Below, piece by piece: positions 26,801-34,500 of a stretch of DNA of 40,408 bases (positions are counted from its first letter, which is position 1; every line of letters begins with the position of its first letter). This DNA is from a virus. Lineage: Duplodnaviria; Caudoviricetes. Below the pieces are notes generated by a model that worked only from the letters and a program-made list of their open reading frames with translations, was not told where the DNA came from and searched no databases. The translations under genes and the position numbers were made by a program. The DNA is taken from IMG/VR virus record IMGVR_UViG_3300048769_000033, positions 1-40,408 of that record, one strand, 5' to 3'.

Positions 26801-26975
26801 GCTTGAATTGAACCCAACCAAGGGAATCAGCCGAAACACGCCCAGCAGGCTCAATGAGCGCTGGCGTATCCGCTACACCAATGGGTGCATTGCAGATGCA
26901 TGGTTCTCGATGAAATACACGTGCTTATTCATCAGTCCGATGTTCCAAGGTGGAACTTCGATAGGGAGCAAGTGA
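23892..26975 (+). CDS. Tail nozzle / stabilisation protein (P22 gp10 / T7 gp12-like) with inserted beta-sandwich modules
   Basis: N-terminal WLGLVDEDDP...NCRF; propeller-like VGPCGPRAIDV...FIHSSGIYKY; VLVLNY..W; 1027 aa. Confidence 0.7.
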   Translation: MANYGNATKVEFSRWLGLVDEDDPTNLPMGCAALSQNCRFNLTEVGTRFGVQTAIQGINQSPVSGLLPCAYTPESATQDYFQAILLYDYLGTLQIENPTGTGRTTAISSPIVPLPAQSHMIGTQAYNRAWMGFSNLLTPTAFPAAYDLSTKTLYPYGMKPVGFGWYAGALVLAGECCTSSELRSGVTVAVGNGHLYICTVAGTTGATQPIWPLTEGGTVVDGGVTWKEQTPVMANRIPVPASPALTQAGGGTWSAADDVYVTFTLLNNQGETPPSIPVFFNPSGAGTTVNVQIPALASLAGWMQTLPLTYIPTGANVYVASVAHGAAAPQLSTYLQTNLTPIALGTLYGITAAGAGAAPPTTNTARITGGQLPTPDVEPVITRSAGAGSFPAGRDVYILQTYVNAVGETLPGPANSIVDTLSNDAVVINTQFLQGYAMTGINLYECDVPTGTTFDGSTFPPYGDFALFGTFGTGAVVTITDTVIGPPPPTVNTTGPAGNIAQDTLQGGPNSTQGYRWMTVAYQDQFDTISGFTKASAVNYIVDENGWELSVFNLPTGPSYIKNVICSFTVADGTSAGPYAYSPETLVSDGIQITTTVFPNGTSSGTVNFTDEYLTGLIASTATNTTDRLRVIQPQQCVDLYFSEATRRLFQTGVPGFYSGHWVSLADDPETYYGDTSNIQVGSDDGERAWCVREYQGVPYSLRERSGFELSPTTSDPATWTVTKRWTKVGPCGPRAIDVCGQFLIFIHSSGIYKYESSAPELMSKELNRFWTTINWRTQETIWCAIDVEYHEIHIGLPVGDSTIPNVVLVLNYEEGWNNPLLFSRYSGKEITVEQCRKYSVWTNITAYYGMRAYRTVTGLPTPDEGPADTSEEVSRQFISQMLYASSAPDGTVQALTPGVYNDNTSGIDCQYETISAQQMMVQCKLSGINMNVRGNGSLFVSFIAGARRITDWQADTPQPNWLVKMSPMQLELNPTKGISRNTPSRLNERWRIRYTNGCIADAWFSMKYTCLFISPMFQGGTSIGSK

Positions 26976-26976
26976 C

Positions 26977-28038
26977 ATGGCAATCTCCCGATCTCAGATC
27001 AACGCAATCAAAGACTTTGGACTGAGAACCATATTGCTCGGGATGTTTGACCAGCATATCGTTGTTGGGCAGGCGCTCGGAATCAACATCTTGGAACCGA
27101 CTAACTCTCCGCAGACTCCAGCGAGTTTGCCTCCGCCCTCTGCATCGTTCTCTGTGACTGGCGCGAATGGCGCTTTCAATATCTCGATTACGAATCCAAA
27201 GCAGTCTATCAACAAGACCATCTATCACGAGTTGAGCTATGCAGGAGTCGTCAGCTTTGTTGGACCTACGACCACTCTTCCAGTTCAGACGACAACTCAG
27301 TTGAGCGTTCCCGCTCCCGGCGTGACGGCATTCTGGCGCTTGAGATCAAGTTACGACCAGGATAACTGGAATGCCTATCAGACACAACCGGGAAAGGTTT
27401 CGAGCGGACTGCAATCGTCAGCAGCTTCTGAGGCGGCCGTCGCTCTTAATCAAACCAACTATGCAAACGTCGATTCTGTTGATGTTGGATCTTCGGCGAT
27501 CGTTCGCGTATTTGGAAAGGCTGGACCTAACACTCAGTATCCGAGCGTGAAAGGATCTCAGGAAACCATTCGACCATCGGCGACGATCATCAACGTTCCA
27601 TTCAGCACTCAGCAGGTGGTGGGATTCGACGAAGAAAATTATCAGGTACGAGGCACACTTCCCGAGCAGCTTATCGATAAGATTGTTCCGACCGGGACGG
27701 TGAGCGTCGTCGGACCTGGTGGCGTTACGTTGCCCACGATCATACCGATTGAGGTATCCGGCGGGATTCTCGGATTCAATGTGACTAGCGGGGGAAGTGG
27801 ACTCACAGCGGACTTGACCATTACCATTGTCGGGACAGGAACGGGGGCAACCGCTGGGGCTCAAGTCATTTCAGGAGGCGTGCTGATCTCGGTGGCGCCT
27901 GGCAATGCTGGCAGCGGATACGGGTCAGGAACGACAGTAACGGTCTCCGGTGGGACGTTCGGGGGATCGACCGGCGGCGGGCAAAACATCGGCGGAAACG
28001 GTGGGAGATTCATCGTCAACGACGGAACGACGAACTGA
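26977..28038 (+). CDS. Tail-associated protein with Gly-rich C-terminal repeats
   Basis: GGSG...GTGATA...GSGY repeats; coupled to the nozzle gene. Confidence 0.65.
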   Translation: MAISRSQINAIKDFGLRTILLGMFDQHIVVGQALGINILEPTNSPQTPASLPPPSASFSVTGANGAFNISITNPKQSINKTIYHELSYAGVVSFVGPTTTLPVQTTTQLSVPAPGVTAFWRLRSSYDQDNWNAYQTQPGKVSSGLQSSAASEAAVALNQTNYANVDSVDVGSSAIVRVFGKAGPNTQYPSVKGSQETIRPSATIINVPFSTQQVVGFDEENYQVRGTLPEQLIDKIVPTGTVSVVGPGGVTLPTIIPIEVSGGILGFNVTSGGSGLTADLTITIVGTGTGATAGAQVISGGVLISVAPGNAGSGYGSGTTVTVSGGTFGGSTGGGQNIGGNGGRFIVNDGTTN

Positions 28039-28047
28039 AAGGGATTT

Positions 28048-28434
28048 ATGACTTGGGGTATTAGACCGGGATACGAGCACAACTTCATCGACGGGCGCAC
28101 CCATGTCCACCACATCCATTTCCTCAATGGGGTTACCGGTGGAGAGCATGAAGTCCAGTTGGTCCTCGGGTGCCCGTCTTGTCCCACATGCAAAAGGCCA
28201 TTTGCGCTCGATAGTCTGAGCATCCTCAATCCAATAGAAGAAGCCCAGAAGGCCATGGACGCTCTCGAAGCGAACTACAAGGCTCTGGTGGATTACGTGA
28301 ATCGATGGAAAGTCCCCGTCCGCATCGGCCCGCTTGCCAACATCATGCTCACGGATAGCAGAACGCTAGTAATTGGAGATCAGCAATATATTGAACTCCC
28401 AGTCGAGCAAAAATCTTTAAGTGACGGACAGTGA
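28048..28434 (+). CDS. Hypothetical protein with CPSCPTC
   Basis: 128 aa; GTGA overlap with the next gene. Confidence 0.65.
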   Translation: MTWGIRPGYEHNFIDGRTHVHHIHFLNGVTGGEHEVQLVLGCPSCPTCKRPFALDSLSILNPIEEAQKAMDALEANYKALVDYVNRWKVPVRIGPLANIMLTDSRTLVIGDQQYIELPVEQKSLSDGQ

Positions 28435-28871
28435 AGCCAATCATCCTTCGCCCGGCGATGCCCGCCGACCTGCCGTTTATTGAACGATTCCACGCCGAGC
28501 AGAACGAGCGTGATGAGACGAGCTATCCGCTTCCTGTCCTCTTCGATAAAGACGGCAAACTGACCGACCGAGTTCCGGTGGTCTTGGTGGGATGCGTCGA
28601 GGGAACGGACGAGCCGGTGCAGGCGCTCTGGGTTGAACGACGCGCTGAGTTGATGTTTGCCGGGTGCGACAACCCCAAGGCTACGGCGTTCGCACAGCGT
28701 GACGCCGATGCGCTGGCCGCGGTTCTTTCATGGGCAGGATACACCGGGATGCATTGCGACGTGCCTATCGCATTAGCGGAGGCGGTTGGAAAGCCTCTTA
28801 CGCGAGCTGGATTTAGCCGGAACGATGACCGTCTGGCGCACTTCTACAAGGATTTGAGGGGAAAACAATGA
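28431..28871 (+). CDS. GNAT-fold-like protein preceding the ejection proteins
   Basis: ILRPAMPADLPFI start and L.RAGF end are GNAT-like; position matches small podoviral genes ahead of internal virion proteins. Confidence 0.6.
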   Translation: MKPIILRPAMPADLPFIERFHAEQNERDETSYPLPVLFDKDGKLTDRVPVVLVGCVEGTDEPVQALWVERRAELMFAGCDNPKATAFAQRDADALAAVLSWAGYTGMHCDVPIALAEAVGKPLTRAGFSRNDDRLAHFYKDLRGKQ

Positions 28872-29884
28872 GCCGCAGCCAGCAAAGTGAAGTTTTCAAT
28901 ACAGAACAGGAGAACTCTGCTACAAACGAAACCGCAGCGCAAAAGTCCGATGCCGCAACCCAGAGCGATATTTCTAACCAGCAATCGCAACTTGCCAAGT
29001 TTGCCGCCGACAACCCTTATGTGCAGGGTGGCCAGATGGAAACTACGACAAATAGGCAACTATCTGGGACGGCAGACTCAACGGCTGCGGCAGCGAAGGC
29101 AGGAAACCAACAACTTGCCCAGCGAACCGGCGCGAATGCTTCAACAGGCGTCGCGGCGGGAGAGGCTGAGCAGGAAGCAGCACAGCGTACCCTTGGAACC
29201 CAAGAGGCAAGTGCTACTCAAAGCAGACTTGCCGCTGGATCGACTTATGGCCAGGATGTGTTGAGCGATCAAAATCAGATCACCGCAGCGCAACAGAATC
29301 TTGCCTCCCAGGAGTCGAATGCCGCTCAAGGAGAGTCCAGCACGGAAGAGAGTGCCGCCCAGCAGTCGAGCTTTATGGATGAATTAGGGAAAGGACTAAT
29401 CAGCGGAGCGGATAGCGTCGGAACGGCTTACTGCCCGGCGCGCGGGTCGATGATTCTCATGGCCGATGGAACCCAGCAGGCGATTGAGACTTTGACCATT
29501 GGAAGCGTCATTGAGGGCATCGATGGAGAGCCCCAAGTCGTCGAGGAGATTCAATCGGCTCGTTCGATTGTCCTAAAAACCGAGATCAGCGGTGGATTCG
29601 TCGTCCGTACATCCCCGGTACATGCTTGGGCTCTTCCCAAGGGTGGGTTTACCGTTGCCACTCGCGCGAACGGAAAGGTCATTCTCACGAAGAACGGAGC
29701 AGCAACCGTGCTTCGCGTCACTCCGGACGGCATGGACACGGTCTATAACGTCATCACTGACGGTTCGCATACCTACCGGGCAAATGGGGCTTGGTCTCTC
29801 GGAGTCGGCGAGGCCGAGCGAGCGGTAAGCATGGACCAGTGGGAAGAGATCGGCGAACGGATGATGCAGAAAGTAGGGGCGTAA
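28868..29884 (+). CDS. Ejection-type (Q/A/S-rich) protein with a C-terminal Hint domain
   Basis: Hint block A CPARGSMILMADG from 29432, block B TSPVH, block F VYNVITDGSHTYRANG; no terminal HN. Confidence 0.85.
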   Translation: MSRSQQSEVFNTEQENSATNETAAQKSDAATQSDISNQQSQLAKFAADNPYVQGGQMETTTNRQLSGTADSTAAAAKAGNQQLAQRTGANASTGVAAGEAEQEAAQRTLGTQEASATQSRLAAGSTYGQDVLSDQNQITAAQQNLASQESNAAQGESSTEESAAQQSSFMDELGKGLISGADSVGTAYCPARGSMILMADGTQQAIETLTIGSVIEGIDGEPQVVEEIQSARSIVLKTEISGGFVVRTSPVHAWALPKGGFTVATRANGKVILTKNGAATVLRVTPDGMDTVYNVITDGSHTYRANGAWSLGVGEAERAVSMDQWEEIGERMMQKVGA

Positions 29885-29885
29885 C

Positions 29886-31529
29886 ATGGCAGACGGACTC
29901 CAGAGTCTAATTCCATCGGCGTCGCCGATCGCATCGCAGGGCATAGATTACGACGAGTTGCTCGCGTCTGGTGACCCGGCGGGCTACATGGCGGCCAAGC
30001 GGGCAGGGTTGGAGTACAAAGCCCCCAATGTGACCCTTGCGCCGCAGCCTGCCGCACAGAGCGCGCTCGCCGCTGGAGCGGGCAAGCCACAAGAGTCTGT
30101 TGCCCCCGCGGCCACTCCTGGCCCGACGATGGGTACTGCGGCCAGCCAGTTGGCCACAGGCTCGTCGCAGTTGGCGCAAGCCGCCGTACAACCGACCGAA
30201 CATGCAGTCGGGCAGGACGACAATCCCTACTACATGACGACGGACCTTAAGAACCCCATGGATAGTTTCGGCCAGAGCCTAGCGGCTGGAGCGCAGTCGC
30301 AGGTGCCGGCGACCAATGCTCCCAACCCACAGATGGACTCGACGGGCGCGGCAACGGCCAACGTGCAGCCCGGCGGCGGGGCTGCGGAAGATCCCAATCA
30401 GAAGATCATCCAGCAGACGAGCCAGATGGGGATGGATTTCAGCAAGAAGCTTTCTGGGCAGACGACGCTTGCGCAGACAGAGGCTCCCATGGAAGCGCAG
30501 AGACCCACAACCCCCCTCAACCCCATGGACTCGCAATATCGCCCAACCAGGTGGCAGCGGTTCGGGCGCGGCGTTCTCGGCGGAGTGGAGGGGTTAGCTC
30601 GCGGCGGCATTCGCGGAGCCGTGCTGGGCGCGGTGGACCCAGCCGCAGTGGGAGCCACAGCCTACGGTGCTCCCAACCGCGCGTTCTCGATCGCAGCCCA
30701 GCAGCGGGCGGGAATAACCGATGTCATCAACGCAAAAGAAAAACAGGCCGAGGACGTGTACAAGTCCGATACTGGCCGCGCGAAGGATGTAATCGCGGGA
30801 ATCAAGGACATTGGCACAGTGGCCGCCCAAGGCCAGAACGCTCAGGCTCGCAGCGACACCGCTGGCGCGCGCGAGGATACTGCGCGCGTAGCCGGCCAAC
30901 TCGCCGACATCAAACAACAGGTGGCCGACTTCCAAGGGCAAGGAAAGGTCCCAACCAGTTATGAGGCGACTGTAGCCGCCGCTGCGCTTGAGAAAGATCC
31001 GACGCGCAAAGCAGCACTCAACGCAGCCGCCAAGACAATGGCATCGACGGAGTTGAAGAAATTTCAGTACAAGGCCGCCGCGGACGGCGAGCCGCGCAGC
31101 ACATTCCGCCAGACGATGATTGATGCTGCGACCGAGCAGATCAAGGGTCTCCAAGACAAGTACGTTTACAACCCCCGTCGCAATCAGTATGAGAACCCCA
31201 ACAATCCTAACGACATCCTGAATCCTAATGAGTACACCGACAAGAAGAATGAGATTTCATCGAAGCTAGATCAACAGTTGGGGCAGAAGAAGATGAAGCC
31301 GCTCGGTGTGCGGTTCAATCCGGCCGACGCCGGAGCGGGCAAGCCTACCGGGAGAGCGGCGCAACAGGCTGCAGCCGCAGCTCCCGCTACAACGCCACAG
31401 GCCAAGCGACCAGCCCCGCCGACGCCAACCACTCCCCCGCCAGATGGTGCCGCCGACATGGCGCTCGGATCTGACGGTCAGTACCATTACCGCGATGCAG
31501 GTAAAAAAGACCTTGGCGTGGTGAAATAA
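29886..31529 (+). CDS. Putative internal virion/ejection protein
   Basis: A/Q/P-rich with a Gly-zipper (FGRGVLGGVEGLARGGIRGAVLGAV); lies between two other ejection-type genes. Confidence 0.65.
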   Translation: MADGLQSLIPSASPIASQGIDYDELLASGDPAGYMAAKRAGLEYKAPNVTLAPQPAAQSALAAGAGKPQESVAPAATPGPTMGTAASQLATGSSQLAQAAVQPTEHAVGQDDNPYYMTTDLKNPMDSFGQSLAAGAQSQVPATNAPNPQMDSTGAATANVQPGGGAAEDPNQKIIQQTSQMGMDFSKKLSGQTTLAQTEAPMEAQRPTTPLNPMDSQYRPTRWQRFGRGVLGGVEGLARGGIRGAVLGAVDPAAVGATAYGAPNRAFSIAAQQRAGITDVINAKEKQAEDVYKSDTGRAKDVIAGIKDIGTVAAQGQNAQARSDTAGAREDTARVAGQLADIKQQVADFQGQGKVPTSYEATVAAAALEKDPTRKAALNAAAKTMASTELKKFQYKAAADGEPRSTFRQTMIDAATEQIKGLQDKYVYNPRRNQYENPNNPNDILNPNEYTDKKNEISSKLDQQLGQKKMKPLGVRFNPADAGAGKPTGRAAQQAAAAAPATTPQAKRPAPPTPTTPPPDGAADMALGSDGQYHYRDAGKKDLGVVK

Positions 31530-34500
31530 ATGGCGACGAGTCCGGTCCAGTTCGACGAAACGACAGCAGTTCCCATTGGCGGCGGGCAACAGTGGGATGA
31601 GAGCACCGCTGTGCCACTCCCCAAGGCAGCCGCGCAGCCAGCGAAGCCTACTCCAACCCTGGGAGGTCAACTGCCTAATGGGACACTCTCTGCCGCATCT
31701 GAACCATCCCTATTTGACCGTGCCCGCGATTCAGTAGGCAATAGCATTGTCGGCAAAGCGCTGGGCATGGAGTCCACGCTTGTTCCCGGCTCGCCAGAGT
31801 ACCGCCAGACCAGAGAGGCAATGCCGCAGTTGCCGGGATGGGCGAATGAGCCACTGCTTAAGAAAGAGCAGGATTGGGAATCTAGTTGGAACCCCATCCT
31901 GAAACAGCAGCGGGATCGCGAGGCGCAAGTCAGTCAGCAGTTCGATACTGCGCACCCAATCATTGGCGGCGTCGCGCGGGGAGTATCAGACACCATCCAG
32001 GGCATGACGAGCCCGGCCAATCTAGCGATGCTTGCCGCTGCTCCCGAGTCGAAGATCATCTCTGGATTCTTCGCTACCCAGGCCGCCAAGGGTGCATACG
32101 ACAACGCGGAGCAGGCATATCAGGCATGGCGCATAGGGCTGAACGGAGAGGCCGCCAAGTACCTCACGGAGTCTGGACTTAGCGCGGTTATCGCCGGACT
32201 AGCCGGAAGGTCGGCGCTCAAAGGCGCGTTCCCGGTAGACACCGGCCGCCCGTCTATCACCGAACCGAAAACCAGTGGCGGAGAATCGGAGCGGGCGCGG
32301 CTTGGCGCTGGTGCGCGGCCCCCCGTAGAGTTCCCGCCCGATACGCCCGTCTTCCCTCTCCAGCCAACCGGAGCACCACGCCTACAGGCATCCACCCCGG
32401 GAGAAGCTCCGCCGAATCCACAGAACTCTCCGGGTCCGGTCAATCCATCAACCGCCATTGAGCGCACGAAGCCCCCGACACAGTTTGCGCCAAGGCCTGA
32501 GATTCCCGCCGACAAAGGTGTGATTGTCGATGAGCAGGGTAACGCGCTCCCGGTGCGTCCCGGCCTACCTGCTCCGCGCGACACGGCAAACCGTGCCAAG
32601 CCAATCATCCCCAAAGTTGTGCCGCCCCCCGCGCCGGTCCCGCCCGTTCCGCCGCAACTTGGCAGCGCCGCCATCATGGCCACGCCGACCAATATCCAGC
32701 CAGCGCCAGAATCGCCCCAGGCCGCGCCCGCTCCGATTCAAGTCACTACCCCAGCCGCTCCGGTCCAGCAGCCGCAGGCACCCGGCACAGCCGAGGCGCG
32801 TCCGGTGGTCCAAGCGAGCACCGACCCCGCACAGTTGCGCCAATCAGCCCAGCAGCAGCAGCCAGCCCTTGAACAGATGGCCGGGCAGGTGGCCGCCGCA
32901 GTTCCTGGTGCAGAAGTAGTGGGACCCCGGGTCAAGACTGCCGAGTCAATCAAGAACAAGGACGATCGCGGCAAGGCCCCCGAGACCAACATCGACAATC
33001 TGGCAGTGCGCGTGGTCGCTTCATCCCCCGACGATGTGCCGGCAATCCAGCAAGTAATCGAGAGACAGCTCCCCGTCGCGTCCAAAGACACGATCGACAG
33101 CAATGGGCTGAACATTCCCCAGTACGCGATCCAGACCGGCAAGCCTGGAGAACCAAACCAGGTCTCAGAGTTGCAGGTCATCCCCGGCCCGGCCACGGCC
33201 AAGGCGATGAAAGAGACCGATCCGCTCTATGCTAAGCAGAAAGAGGCATTGGCGGAGGCGGCATCCGAGAAGCCGGGAAGCTGGCAGCAGAAGGCATCGC
33301 AGCGGGTCGCCGACGATCTCGGAGCACAGCTCAGCGGCATCCTCGACAAAGCCAAGGCGCAGGACGCTAAGGCGACTCCGAAGAAGCCGGACACTCCCCA
33401 GGTCGCGGCCATGTCGGGAACGGCACCGATGGGAGCGCAGCCCGCATCCGGTCCCAAGCCTCTTGTCAAGGGAACCCTCGTAACGCTGAAGGACGGGACC
33501 AAAGGGACCATCAAGGGCGGCAACGCCAACGAGCCGAACGGCGGACGCTGGATAGTCACAACCCACAAGGGGTCTGTCCTGGCCAACGGGAAGGATTTAA
33601 AGACGGAAGCTCCAGCCGAAGCGGTTACCCCGCCAGTCCAGCAGGGCCAGCCCGCGCCCGGCGCACCACGGCCAGTCGGTAAGCCGCTCATGAAGCGTAT
33701 CGAGCAGATCAAGGCCCTCGTCGCCAAAGGTCAGAAGGTGGTCATCTTCTCAAGCGAGGCCGACAACCCAACGTTGCATGAGGCATTGCATCAGGTCGGT
33801 CTGGGCGGCCTGCCAGTGACAAACATCAAGGGACCGGACTTCAGCGCACTACTCGACAATGAGGTCAACGTCCCAACCAACGCCGATGAGCCGATGGAGA
33901 TTCCAGAGATTGCGGCGGGCAAGGCGATCTATGTGGACTTCGACGGGACGCTATTCACCCAGCCGGGCGGAGTGGAGAAGCAGGAAGCCAAGGGCGGAGC
34001 AGGAGAACCGATTCGCGCCTATCACGGTACGGCGGCTCAGTTTGAAGGGGCTCCGCGCACCGATGGTCTTGGAGCACACTTCGCTCCAGAGCGCAAGTTG
34101 GCAGAGGATTTCTCTAAGGGGTCATCCGGCCGAGAGCCGGGCAGAGTCATCGAAGCTGAACTCAACATCAAGAATCCACTAAGAATCAAGGATCATGGAT
34201 TCCCGCACAGCGATGCAGAGGCTACCGTAGAGGACTTCATCAAGCAGGGGGTCTTGCCGAAAGAGTTTAGCGACGGTCTTGTCGGTCGATTGGTAAAGCG
34301 CTCCGAGGAACTTCAAAAAGGAATCGACCAGACTCTTCCCCGAGCAGAGTACAAAAAACAGCACAACGATGCTTACCAAACGGCTAATAATGAGGAACTT
34401 GTAAAGGTCAAGAAGTATTTGCAATCCAAGGGATACGACGGTCTGGTCTACGACAACACTCTTGAGGGTCACGGAGATTCATACGTCGCTTTCGACCAGA

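Noticed and set aside
29432-29810. Canonical splicing intein
   Set aside because: No terminal His-Asn plus Cys/Ser/Thr and no endonuclease; treated as a cleavage-only Hint
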